From an uncultured Mycobacterium sp. (GTDB lineage Bacteria > Actinomycetota > Actinomycetes > Mycobacteriales > Mycobacteriaceae): a stretch of DNA of 64,000 nucleotides. Shown here piece after piece: positions 53,834 through 64,000 of this stretch (position 1 is its first letter; the number at the start of each line of letters is the position of its first letter). A program made the translations under genes and the position numbers. The stretch covers positions 2,254 through 66,253 of the forward strand of contig CAZADG010000003.1 in NCBI GenBank assembly GCA_964483865.1, read 5' to 3'. The notes under the pieces are model-generated. The model saw only the letters and a list, made by a program, of their open reading frames with translations. It was not told the DNA's origin and made no database searches.

Positions 53834-55531
53834 GTGACAGCCGTAGTGCCCCCCCGCGGAGAACTAGAGGCCCGTCGCCCGGCACCGATGCCCAGCGGGC
53901 CCAAGGGCAACCTCTTCTATAAGGTCATCACCACCACCGACCACAAGCTAATCGGCATCATGTACATGATCGCCTGCTTCACGTTCTTCGCCCTGGCCGG
54001 TCTGATGGCGCTGTTCATCCGCGCCGAGTTGACCCTCCCGGGCCTCCAGTTTTTGTCGAACGAGCAGTACAACCAGCTGTTCACCATGCACGGCACGGCG
54101 ATGCTGCTGTTCTACGCAACCCCGGTCGTCTTCGGCTTCGCCAACCTGGTTCTGCCGATCCAGATCGGCGCCCCCGACGTGGCGTTCCCTCGTCTGAACG
54201 CGCTATCGCTGTGGCTGTTCATTTTTGGCGCACTGATCGCCCTCGCCGGCTTCATCACCCCTGGCGGCGCGGCTGACTTCGGCTGGACGGTCTACGTGCC
54301 GCTATCGGACTCCGTGCACTCCCCAGGCGCGGGCGCCGACCTGTGGATCCTCGGCGTCGCGGTCGGCGGCCTGGGCACCATCCTCGGCGCGGTCAACATG
54401 ATCACGACCATCGTCTGCATGCGCTGCCCAGGTATGACGATGTTCCGGATGCCGATCTTCACCTGGAACATCTTCGTCACGTCCATCCTGGTCCTGCTGG
54501 TGTTCCCGCTGCTCACCGCCGCGCTGTTCGGCCTGGCCGCCGACCGTCGTCTGGGAGCGCACATCTACGACCCAGCCAACGGCGGCGTCACGCTGTTCCA
54601 GCACCTGTTCTGGTACTTCGGCCACCCGGAGGTCTACATCCTCGCGTTGCCCTTCTTCGGCATCGTTTCGGAAATCTTCCCGGTGTTCTCCCGCAAGCCG
54701 ATCTTCGGCTACTCCACGCTGGTGTACGCCACCATCTCGATCGCCGCGCTGTCGATGGCGGTGTGGGCCCACCACATGTATGTGACGGGCACCGTGCTGC
54801 TGCCCTTCTTCTCCTTCATGACCTTCCTGATCGCGGTGCCCACCGGCATCAAGTTCTTCAACTGGATCGGGACCATGTGGAAGGGAAAGCTGACTTTCGA
54901 GTCCCCGATGCTGTTCTCCTTCGGCTTCCTGGTGGTGTTCCTCTGCGGTGGCCTGTCCGGAGTGCTGCTGGCCAGCCCGCCGCTGGACTTCCACGTCTCC
55001 GACACCTACTTCGTGATCGCGCACTTCCACTACGTGCTGTTCGGCGTGATCGTGTTCGCCACCTACGCCGGTGTCTACTTCTGGTTCCCGAAGATGACCG
55101 GGCGTCTGCTCGACGAGCGGCTGGCCAAGATCCACTTCTGGCTGACCATGATCGGTTTCAACCTGACGTTCCTGGTGCAGCACTGGCTGGGCAATGAGGG
55201 TATGCCGCGTCGCTACGCCGACTACCTGCCCTCCGACGGCTTCACCACGCTGAACATCGTCTCCAGCATCGGTGCGGCAATCCTCGGCGTGTCGATGCTC
55301 CCGTTCTTCTGGAACGTCTTCAAGAGCTGGCGTTACGGCGAGGTCGTCACGGTCGACGACCCGTGGGGCCACGGCAACTCCCTGGAGTGGGCCACCTCCT
55401 GCCCGCCGCCGCGGCACAACTTCACCGAACTGCCCAACATTCGTTCGGAGCGGCCGGCGTTCGAGCTGCACTACCCGCACATGGTTGACCGGATGCGTAG
55501 CGAGGCCCACGTGGGCCGCTCGCACCGCTAG
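53834..55531 (+). CDS. ctaD: Cytochrome c oxidase subunit I
   Basis: [29 protein letters not shown]; GGAGG RBS. Confidence 0.98.
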   Translation: MTAVVPPRGELEARRPAPMPSGPKGNLFYKVITTTDHKLIGIMYMIACFTFFALAGLMALFIRAELTLPGLQFLSNEQYNQLFTMHGTAMLLFYATPVVFGFANLVLPIQIGAPDVAFPRLNALSLWLFIFGALIALAGFITPGGAADFGWTVYVPLSDSVHSPGAGADLWILGVAVGGLGTILGAVNMITTIVCMRCPGMTMFRMPIFTWNIFVTSILVLLVFPLLTAALFGLAADRRLGAHIYDPANGGVTLFQHLFWYFGHPEVYILALPFFGIVSEIFPVFSRKPIFGYSTLVYATISIAALSMAVWAHHMYVTGTVLLPFFSFMTFLIAVPTGIKFFNWIGTMWKGKLTFESPMLFSFGFLVVFLCGGLSGVLLASPPLDFHVSDTYFVIAHFHYVLFGVIVFATYAGVYFWFPKMTGRLLDERLAKIHFWLTMIGFNLTFLVQHWLGNEGMPRRYADYLPSDGFTTLNIVSSIGAAILGVSMLPFFWNVFKSWRYGEVVTVDDPWGHGNSLEWATSCPPPRHNFTELPNIRSERPAFELHYPHMVDRMRSEAHVGRSHR

Positions 55532-56803
<1,272 letters not shown>

Positions 56804-56820
56804 TGGGGCACGATGATCGG

Positions 56821-57660
56821 GTGACCGACGCAGTTCCCGTCCCCGATGAGGATCTCCTGATCGACTTTCGCGGCGTCCGGTTGCGCCGCGGTGGCCGACT
56901 GCTGGTCGGGCCGGTCGACTGGCAGGTCGAACTCGACGAACGTTGGGTGGTCATCGGTCCCAACGGCGCCGGAAAGACCTCGCTGCTGCGCATCGCCGCC
57001 GCCATGGAGCACCCGTCGGCGGGCACGGCGACGGTCCTGGGGGAGAGGCTCGGCCGGGTCGACATGGCGGAGTTGCGCCAGCGAGTCGGCCTGAGCAGTT
57101 CGGCACTGGCGCAGCGGATTCCCGACGACGAAGTGGTCCGAGACCTGGTGGTGTCGGCCGGCTACGCGGTGCTCGGCCGCTGGCGCGAACAGTACGACGA
57201 GGTGGATTATCACCGGGCGCTGGACACACTGGAAAGTGTCGGGGCCGAGCATCTGGCCGACCGCACCTACGGCACATTGTCCGAAGGTGAACGCAAGCGG
57301 GTGCTGATCGCCCGGTCGCTGATGACCGACCCGGAACTGCTGTTGCTCGACGAACCCGCCGCCGGCCTGGACCTCGGCGGCCGCGAGGAACTCGTCGCCC
57401 GGTTGGCGGACCTGGCCGCCGACCCGGATGCCCCGGCGCTGGTCCTGGTCACCCACCACGTTGAAGAGATCCCCCCCGGATTCAGCCACTGTCTGATCCT
57501 GTCCGAGGGCACGGTGGTGGCAGCCGGCCTGTTGCGGGACGTGATGAACGCGGAGAACCTTTCGGCGGCCTTCGGGCAGTCGATCGCCGTGGACATGATC
57601 GACGGCCGCTACTTCGCCCGCCGAGCGCGCAGTCGTGCGGCCCACAGGAGGCGCGTATGA
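56821..57660 (+). CDS. ABC transporter ATP-binding protein (Rv3041c-like)
   Basis: GPNGAGKT, LSEGE, LLLDEP, THH; start uncertain (56800-56821). Confidence 0.92.
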   Translation: MTDAVPVPDEDLLIDFRGVRLRRGGRLLVGPVDWQVELDERWVVIGPNGAGKTSLLRIAAAMEHPSAGTATVLGERLGRVDMAELRQRVGLSSSALAQRIPDDEVVRDLVVSAGYAVLGRWREQYDEVDYHRALDTLESVGAEHLADRTYGTLSEGERKRVLIARSLMTDPELLLLDEPAAGLDLGGREELVARLADLAADPDAPALVLVTHHVEEIPPGFSHCLILSEGTVVAAGLLRDVMNAENLSAAFGQSIAVDMIDGRYFARRARSRAAHRRRV

Positions 57661-58505
57661 CCAGCGAGGGGCAGTTCGAACCCAAGCCCGTCCGGCCGGC
57701 GGCGACGGTCATGCTGGTGCGCGACACCGCCGAGGGAATATCGGTGTTCCTGATGCGCCGCCACGGCGCGATGGAGTTCGCCGCCGGGATGACGGTGTTC
57801 CCCGGCGGTGGTGTGGACGACCGCGACCGCGACGCCGGACTAGTACTTAACCGCGCCTGGTTCGGACCCGAACCCGGTTGGTGGGCAGAGCGTTTCGGCA
57901 TCGAGACCGACCTTGCCGAAGCGCTGGTGTGCGCCGCGGCCCGGGAGACCTTCGAGGAGTCCGGAGTGCTGTTCGCCGGGCCGGCTGACGACCCCGATGG
58001 AATCGTCGCCGACGCGTCGGTCTACCACCGTGAGCGAGCGGCGCTGGAGGACCGCAGCTTGTCCTTCGGTGACTTTCTGCGGGCCGAGAACCTTGTGCTG
58101 CGGGCCGACCTGCTGCGGCCGTGGTCGAACTGGGTCACCCCGAAAGAAGAGCGCACCCGACGCTACGACACCTACTTCTTCGTCGGTGCGCTGCCCGAGG
58201 GCCAACGGGCCGACGGTGAGAACACCGAATCCGACCAGGCCGGTTGGGCCCGGCCGGAAGCGGCCATCGAGGATTTCGCCGAAGGTCGGGCGCTGCTGCT
58301 GCCGCCGACGTGGAGCCAGTTGGATTCGCTGACCGGGCGGACCGTTGCCGACGTACTCGCCCTGGAACGTCAGATCGCCACCGTCGAGCCCAATATGACC
58401 GTCCTCGACGACGGGAACTGGGAGATCGAGTTCTTCGATTCCGGCCGCTACAACGAGGCCCGCCGTCAGGCACTCGGGCGGCTCGGACGGCGCGGGCAGA
58501 GCTGA
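57657..58505 (+). CDS. NUDIX hydrolase (Rv3040c-like)
   Basis: [26 protein letters not shown]. Confidence 0.9.
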   Translation: MTSEGQFEPKPVRPAATVMLVRDTAEGISVFLMRRHGAMEFAAGMTVFPGGGVDDRDRDAGLVLNRAWFGPEPGWWAERFGIETDLAEALVCAAARETFEESGVLFAGPADDPDGIVADASVYHRERAALEDRSLSFGDFLRAENLVLRADLLRPWSNWVTPKEERTRRYDTYFFVGALPEGQRADGENTESDQAGWARPEAAIEDFAEGRALLLPPTWSQLDSLTGRTVADVLALERQIATVEPNMTVLDDGNWEIEFFDSGRYNEARRQALGRLGRRGQS

Positions 58506-59233
58506 TGCGCGAGTTCGTCAGCGTCCACACTCACGAACGCATCGGCGTGGTTCTGCTCAACCGGGAACCCACCAACGCGCTGACCCGGCAGGTCTACCGG
58601 GAACTGGCGTCGGCAGCCGACGAGATCTCCGGACGCGACGACGTCGCCGCGGTGATCCTGTTCGGCGGCCACCAGATCTTCTGCGCCGGCGACGACGTTC
58701 CCGAACTGAAGACCCTGGATCGGGCTGAGGCCGAGGCCGCCGACCGATTGCGCCGCCGGGCCATCGATGCGGTGGCCGCAATCTCCAAGCCGACGGTGGC
58801 CGCGGTCACCGGCTACGCCCTCGGTGCCGGACTGACCCTGGCCTTGGCCGCAGACTGGCGGGTCTGCGGGGACAACGCCAAACTGGGCGCCACCGAGATC
58901 CTGGCCGGGCTGATCCCCGGGGGCGGGGGATGTGTACGGCTGGCGCGGGTGGTCGGCGCCGCGCGGGCCAAGGAGTTGGCCTTCAGCGGACGCTTCGTCG
59001 GGCCCGAGGAAGCCCTGGCACTGCGCCTGGTCGATGAATTGGTGGCGCCCGACCACGTCTACGACGAGGCGCTGGTCTGGGCCCGTCGGTTCGTCGATGC
59101 CCCGGCGGCGGCGCTGGCCGGGGTGAAGGCGCTGATCGAAGCCGGTGCCGACGGTGGGTCGGACACCGGTCTGGATGCAGCGGCCCAGGCGCGACGCTAC
59201 GGCGAAGTTTTTGCCGCGACAAACGGCAGTTAG
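58505..59233 (+). CDS. echA17: Enoyl-CoA hydratase family protein
   Basis: [33 protein letters not shown]; synteny. Confidence 0.88.
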   Translation: MREFVSVHTHERIGVVLLNREPTNALTRQVYRELASAADEISGRDDVAAVILFGGHQIFCAGDDVPELKTLDRAEAEAADRLRRRAIDAVAAISKPTVAAVTGYALGAGLTLALAADWRVCGDNAKLGATEILAGLIPGGGGCVRLARVVGAARAKELAFSGRFVGPEEALALRLVDELVAPDHVYDEALVWARRFVDAPAAALAGVKALIEAGADGGSDTGLDAAAQARRYGEVFAATNGS

Positions 59234-59243
59234 GCTGCCCTTC

Positions 59244-60215
59244 ATGACGAGCAGTACGGAAATGCCGCAAAGCCGGCCGCACGCGACCGCCGAAGAGGTG
59301 GAGGCCGCCCGGCACGACACCAAACTGGCCCAGGTGCTGTACCACGACTGGGAGGCGGAGTCCTACGACGACAAGTGGTCGATCTCCTACGACCAGCGTT
59401 GTGTCGACTACGCGCGGGGCCGCTTCGATGCCATCGTTCCCACCGGCGAGCAACGGCGCTTGCCCTACGACCGGGCGCTGGAACTTGGCTGCGGCACCGG
59501 GTTCTTCCTGCTCAACCTCATTCAAGCCGGAGTAGCCCGCCGCGGATCGGTGACCGACCTGTCGCCGGGCATGGTCAAGGTCGCCGTTCGCAACGGCGAG
59601 TCCCTCGGCCTGGACATTGACGGCAGGGTGGCCGACGCCGAAGGAATACCCTACGAGGACAACACCTTTGACCTCGTAGTCGGACATGCGGTGCTGCACC
59701 ACATTCCCGACGTCGAGAAGTCGCTGCGCGAGGTGGTCCGCGTACTCAAGCCAGGGGGGCGGTTCGTCTTCGCCGGTGAGCCCACGCGGGTCGGCAACGC
59801 CTACGCTCGCAGGCTGGCCGATCTCACCTGGAAGACCACCGTCCGGGCGATGTCGCTGCCCGGGCTGTCGAGTTGGCGGCGCCCGCAGGCCGAACTGGAC
59901 GAGAACTCCCGCGCCGCGGCGTTGGAATGGATCGTGGATCTGCACACCTTCGAACCAGCCGACCTCGAAGGGATGGCCGAACGCGCCGGTGCGGTGGATG
60001 TCCGTACCGCTACCGAGGAGTTCACCGCCGCGATGCTGGGCTGGCCGGTGCGCACCTTCGAGTCGACCGTACCGCCGGGCAAGCTGGGCTGGCGTTGGGC
60101 CAAATTCGCGTTCGGCGGTTGGACCACCCTGAGCTGGGTGGACGCCAATGTGTGGCGTCGGGTTGTCCCCAAGGGCTGGTTCTACAACGTCATGTTGACG
60201 GGCGTCAAACCGTGA
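59244..60215 (+). CDS. Class I SAM-dependent methyltransferase (Rv3038c-like)
   Basis: LELGCGTG, FDLVVGHAVLHH, RVLKPGG. Confidence 0.92.
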   Translation: MTSSTEMPQSRPHATAEEVEAARHDTKLAQVLYHDWEAESYDDKWSISYDQRCVDYARGRFDAIVPTGEQRRLPYDRALELGCGTGFFLLNLIQAGVARRGSVTDLSPGMVKVAVRNGESLGLDIDGRVADAEGIPYEDNTFDLVVGHAVLHHIPDVEKSLREVVRVLKPGGRFVFAGEPTRVGNAYARRLADLTWKTTVRAMSLPGLSSWRRPQAELDENSRAAALEWIVDLHTFEPADLEGMAERAGAVDVRTATEEFTAAMLGWPVRTFESTVPPGKLGWRWAKFAFGGWTTLSWVDANVWRRVVPKGWFYNVMLTGVKP

Positions 60216-60241
60216 TGATCACCGGGGTTAAGCCCTCCTGA
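60215..60241 (+). other. 8-codon mini-ORF duplicating the upstream gene's C-terminus (MITGVKPS)
   Basis: ATG overlaps the upstream TGA; encodes MITGVKPS versus upstream ...MLTGVKP; its TGA overlaps CTG 60238. Confidence 0.5.
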
Positions 60242-61419
60242 GTTTCACCCGCGCCGACGTCGCCTACCTGACCAGCGCCGCCGGGAAGGCCGCGCTCGCC
60301 GAGGTCGCGGGCTTCGGGCTGACCGACGCCGGCCGACTCTCCGACATCGCCGCCATCCGCGGGCGCTTCGCCGGACACACCGCCGCCCTGGTGCAGACCA
60401 CGCTGCTGCGCCGCAAGGCCGCCGCCAAGTTCGCCGGTCTGGCCGACGTCTCGGGCTGGCTGTTCACCGACGAGGCCCTCCAGCAGGCCACCACCGCCGT
60501 GGTCGCCCGCCACCGCGCCCAGCGCCTGGCCGGACGGGGGGTTCACGACGCGACCTGCTCGGTGGGCACCGAACTGGCTGCGCTCCGCGGCGTGGCCGAC
60601 TACCTGCTGGGCAGCGATCTCGACGAGGTCCGACTTGCCATGGCCGCGTACAACGTTCCGGATGTCCCCTTGGTTCGGGCCGACGCCCGTACCCCGATCA
60701 CCCGGGACGCCGTGGTGCTGCTCGACCCGGCCCGGCGGGCGGGTGGGCGCCGCCGCTTCGACCCGCGTGCCTACACACCGCCCCTGGACGATCTGGCAGA
60801 GGCCTACCGGGGCCGGGCCACGGTGGTGAAATGCGCGCCGGGTATCGACTTCGCCGCGGTGCGAACCCTCGGATTCGACGGCGAGATCGAAGTGACATCG
60901 GCCGGGGGATCGGTGCGGGAGGCTTGCCTGTGGGCGCCGTCTCTGTCAGCGCCCGGTGTGCGGCGACGGGCCAGCATCCTCGGTGCCGAGGGAGACGCCG
61001 AAACTCTCACCGACGCCGACCCGGATGACTGCGCCGCCGGCGCACCGGGCCGGTGGATCATCGACCCCGATGGTGCGGTGGTGAGGTCCGGCTTGGTTCG
61101 TCAGTACGCGGTCCGCCACGGCCTGTGGCAGATCGACCCCGATATCGCCTACCTGACCGGGGAGCGACTCCCGCCCGGGGTGCGCGGATTCGAGATTCTC
61201 GAGCAGCTCCCGTTGCGGGAAAAGGTTGTGCGGAAAGCTCTTTCGGCCCAAGACTGCGGATCGCTGGAGATCCTCGTTCGTGGCGTCGACGTCGATCCGG
61301 ACGCGCTGCGCCGTCGGTTGCGCCCGACCGGCACCCAATCGCTGTCGCTGGTGATCATGCGAGTCGGCAGCGGTGCCGCGGCTCGTGCCTCGGCGTTCGT
61401 CTGCCGGCCGTCCCGGTAG
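60238..61419 (+). CDS. THUMP-like SAM-dependent methyltransferase (Rv3037c-like), probable CTG start
   Basis: EALQQAT, HDATCSVG, DPARR, DPDGAVVRSGL; coding-like frame extends 51 codons upstream of GTG 60391 to CTG 60238. Confidence 0.82.
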   Translation: MSFTRADVAYLTSAAGKAALAEVAGFGLTDAGRLSDIAAIRGRFAGHTAALVQTTLLRRKAAAKFAGLADVSGWLFTDEALQQATTAVVARHRAQRLAGRGVHDATCSVGTELAALRGVADYLLGSDLDEVRLAMAAYNVPDVPLVRADARTPITRDAVVLLDPARRAGGRRRFDPRAYTPPLDDLAEAYRGRATVVKCAPGIDFAAVRTLGFDGEIEVTSAGGSVREACLWAPSLSAPGVRRRASILGAEGDAETLTDADPDDCAAGAPGRWIIDPDGAVVRSGLVRQYAVRHGLWQIDPDIAYLTGERLPPGVRGFEILEQLPLREKVVRKALSAQDCGSLEILVRGVDVDPDALRRRLRPTGTQSLSLVIMRVGSGAAARASAFVCRPSR

Positions 61420-61428
61420 GGTGGCGGC

Positions 61429-62100
61429 ATGCGCGTTGTGATTGCCGCCGGCCTGGTCTGCGGGGCACTGGTGTCCGCACCGGTGGCGTGGGCCGCGCCG
61501 GCCTCCTGCGCGGCACTGGCCGGCACGGTGCAGGCCGACGGACTCTGTCAGGTGCGGGCTAGCGATCCCGCCTACACCATGGACATGACATTTCCTCTGG
61601 ATTATCCCGACGAGCAGGCGATCGTCGACTACCTCACCCAGACCCGAGACGGGTTCGTCAACGTCTCCCAGACCCCGGACTCGCGTAACCTTCCGCACGA
61701 GATGGACGTCACGGCAGAGTCCTTCCGGTCGGCGCGCACCCGCAGTGTGGTGCTGACGCTGTTCCAGGACGTCGGCAGCGCACACCCCACCACCTGGTAC
61801 AAGTCCTTCAACTATGACGTCGAGCGCGGACGGCCGGTCACCTTCGACCAGCTGTTCGCCCCCGACGCCGAACCGCTGGAGGCCATCTTCCCGATTGTGC
61901 AGCGTACGTTGGAGTCCCAGACGGGTTTGGCAGGCAGCGTCTCGCCCGGCGACGGACGCGACCCATCGCACTACCAGAACTTCGCGATCACCGACGACGC
62001 GGTCATCTTCTTCTTCGGCCGCGCTGAACTCCTACCGTCCTACGCCGGCGCGACTTCAGTTGCCGTGCCGCGCAACGCGATTCCACCGCTGCAGGTTTAG
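61429..62100 (+). CDS. Secreted TB22.2/MPT64-family (DUF3298) protein
   Basis: Signal peptide, FPLDYPD, AHPTTWYKSFNYD, YQNFAITDD. Confidence 0.88.
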   Translation: MRVVIAAGLVCGALVSAPVAWAAPASCAALAGTVQADGLCQVRASDPAYTMDMTFPLDYPDEQAIVDYLTQTRDGFVNVSQTPDSRNLPHEMDVTAESFRSARTRSVVLTLFQDVGSAHPTTWYKSFNYDVERGRPVTFDQLFAPDAEPLEAIFPIVQRTLESQTGLAGSVSPGDGRDPSHYQNFAITDDAVIFFFGRAELLPSYAGATSVAVPRNAIPPLQV

Positions 62101-62110
62101 CCGGGCCAGG

Positions 62111-63391
62111 CTAGCCGGGCGCGAAGCTATACACTTGGCCGCCGCTGGTGGCCACCACCACCCGCCGGTCGTTACCCACTGAAACCCCGACGGGGAATCC
62201 GGTTGCCTCCGGTAAGGGATAGGTGTTGTGCGTCCGCCCGCCGTCGGCCGGATCGAACACCAACAGCGCCAGCCTCTGCGGGCCGTCGGCCACCACCGTG
62301 TAGGCCACCCGCGACCCGGCCTGACTCGACGTGGTCAGCGGGCTCACGTCATCGCGGCGCCACTGGACCTCGGCCTTATCTCCGGAGTCCCGCAACGCCA
62401 CCAAGCGGGTGTCTGGGCCGCCGCCGGCGATGATCAGCCCACCGGCCGACAACGAGGGCGGCGTCTGCGGCTGAAACCCGAGCGGTAGTGACCACTTGGC
62501 GGTGCCGTCGGCGGTGTTGAGTGCCCACAGTTGCCGGTCGCGGCCGTTGACGTACACCGTCCGGCCGTCCTCGGAGAGCACCGGGCTACCGATCACACCG
62601 GCCGCCACCGCGGTACTGGTCCACTCCCGGGTCAGCAGCGCGGGCTCGCCCGGTTGATAGCGCAGGCCGGTCAGTACCGAGGTTTTCGCGCCGGGTTGCC
62701 ACACTCCGACCACGGCGATACGGCTGGCGGGGGAGAACGCCGGGGCCGACGGCACCGGGCACCCGGGCAGGGATTGCTGGCAGTCGGTGATTCCGCGGAC
62801 CGGGTCGGTCGGGTTGATGCCGTCCACCAGATCAAGCGGGGTGCCGTCCACGACGCCCCGGTGGGAGTCGAAGACCAGCACCTGACCGAGGTGCGTCACC
62901 ACCAGAAGCTGGCCGGGGTCGAGAAACCTTGCGGTGGTGGGCATTCCGATGACGTTCGTTCGCCAGCGCACCCACTGGGTCGGCGGGTAGGAGATCATCA
63001 GTCCGGGCTGGCCGATGTAGAGGTTGTCGAACCCGTCGAACATCGGGCTGGAGAATCCGCCGCCGAGCACCATTCGGGTACACCAGCGCTGGCGACCGTT
63101 GTTGTCGTTCTCCCAGACCATCAGCGAGCAGCCACCGGCGGTCTGACCGTTGACCGCCAGGTAGCCGTCACCGCCGATCGCGGGGGCTGCTCCCAGTTCG
63201 CCCTTGACCGAGCGATTCCAGGACGGCGCCAGTGTCGAGGAGCCGTCGGTGGCGGTGTAGCTGGTGTTGGCCGCGTCGGCGTACTGAGCGCTCCAGCCGC
63301 GCGCGGCGGTCGATTCCACCCAGTCGTCGGTGGTGCCACAGCCACCGGTGACCAGCGCCGCCGACGCGATGGCGAGTACTCGCCGCAGCAT
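62111..63391 (-). CDS. PQQ-binding-like beta-propeller lipoprotein (Rv3035-like)
   Basis: Lipobox-like TGGC, WSAQYADAANTS, repeated W-ended blades (LWALNTADGTAKW). Confidence 0.85.
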   Translation of the reverse strand: MLRRVLAIASAALVTGGCGTTDDWVESTAARGWSAQYADAANTSYTATDGSSTLAPSWNRSVKGELGAAPAIGGDGYLAVNGQTAGGCSLMVWENDNNGRQRWCTRMVLGGGFSSPMFDGFDNLYIGQPGLMISYPPTQWVRWRTNVIGMPTTARFLDPGQLLVVTHLGQVLVFDSHRGVVDGTPLDLVDGINPTDPVRGITDCQQSLPGCPVPSAPAFSPASRIAVVGVWQPGAKTSVLTGLRYQPGEPALLTREWTSTAVAAGVIGSPVLSEDGRTVYVNGRDRQLWALNTADGTAKWSLPLGFQPQTPPSLSAGGLIIAGGGPDTRLVALRDSGDKAEVQWRRDDVSPLTTSSQAGSRVAYTVVADGPQRLALLVFDPADGGRTHNTYPLPEATGFPVGVSVGNDRRVVVATSGGQVYSFAPG

Positions 63392-63466
63392 CGGTGTCCT
63401 GGCCATCCAGGCGAGACTAACGCCTCGGTGCGCTCGGTTGCGGTAGCCCGTCCTAAGCTCAGTTCC

Positions 63467-64000
63467 GTGGAACTCAACGGAGCAAGTGCAATCGTCACCG
63501 GCGGCGCATCGGGTATCGGCGCCGCCACCGCGCGTCAACTGGCAGATCTGGGCGCCCGGGTCGTCATCGCCGACATGCAGGCCGAACGCGGGCAGGCCCT
63601 CGCCGAGGAAATCGGCGGCGTGTTCGTCCCGGTCGACGTCACCAACACCGAGCAGATCATCGACGCGGTCAACACCGCGATGGACCTCGGGCCGCTACGC
63701 GCGCTGGTCAACTCCGCCGGGGTGGGCTGGGCTCAGCGCACCATCGGCAAAGACGGCGAGTTCGCCTCGGCGCATGACCTTGAGCTGTACAAAAAGGTCT
63801 TGATGATCAACCTGGTCGGCACCTTCGACTGCATCCGCATCGCGGCCACCGCGATGAGCCGCCTGGAGCCCACCGCTACCGGCGAGCGGGGCGCCATCGT
63901 CAACATGACCAGTGTGGCGGCCTTCGACGGGCAGATCGGCCAGGCGGCGTACTCGTCGTCGAAGGGCGGCGTCGTCGGGCTGACCCTGCCGGTGGCCCGC
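63467..64000 (+). CDS. Short-chain dehydrogenase (3-hydroxyacyl-CoA dehydrogenase type II-like), partial
   Basis: GTG-ELNGASAIVTGGASGIG, NSAG, ERGAIVN, DGQIGQAAYSSSKGG; runs off the window end, so absent from the ORF track. Confidence 0.9.
   Translation, partial: MELNGASAIVTGGASGIGAATARQLADLGARVVIADMQAERGQALAEEIGGVFVPVDVTNTEQIIDAVNTAMDLGPLRALVNSAGVGWAQRTIGKDGEFASAHDLELYKKVLMINLVGTFDCIRIAATAMSRLEPTATGERGAIVNMTSVAAFDGQIGQAAYSSSKGGVVGLTLPVAR

Overview
High-GC actinobacterial DNA, almost certainly a rapidly growing Mycobacterium/Mycolicibacterium. The backbone matches, from recalled M. tuberculosis gene order, the Rv3063-Rv3035 region: cstA, fadE22, cyp136, TetR, SDR, nrdH-nrdI-nrdE, TetR, nrdF2, DUF3349, adhC, fecB, ctaD, serB2, ABC ATPase, NUDIX, echA17, two methyltransferases, a TB22.2-like esterase and a PQQ-like propeller lipoprotein. 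Accessory blocks are interleaved: a WS/DGAT-TetR-BVMO-acyltransferase lipid block, a GNAT-AAA fusion, tandem MASE1-GAF-PP2C phosphatases, a hypBA/hypFCDE maturation cluster with no hydrogenase in the window, a CstR-like thioredoxin/rhodanese/TauE cluster, an orphan sbnA-like + GNAT + MFS cassette, and a three-gene unit encoding a pore-loop/RCK/RyR-domain membrane protein, a TIR-TM-ectodomain receptor-like protein and a secreted copy of that ectodomain. The TIR/RyR unit is the best candidate for an undescribed signalling or defence system, and the sbnA cassette is second. No rRNA, tRNA, CRISPR array or transposase was seen. All calls come from motif recognition and recalled family knowledge; no searches were run, and several start codons are my own estimates.
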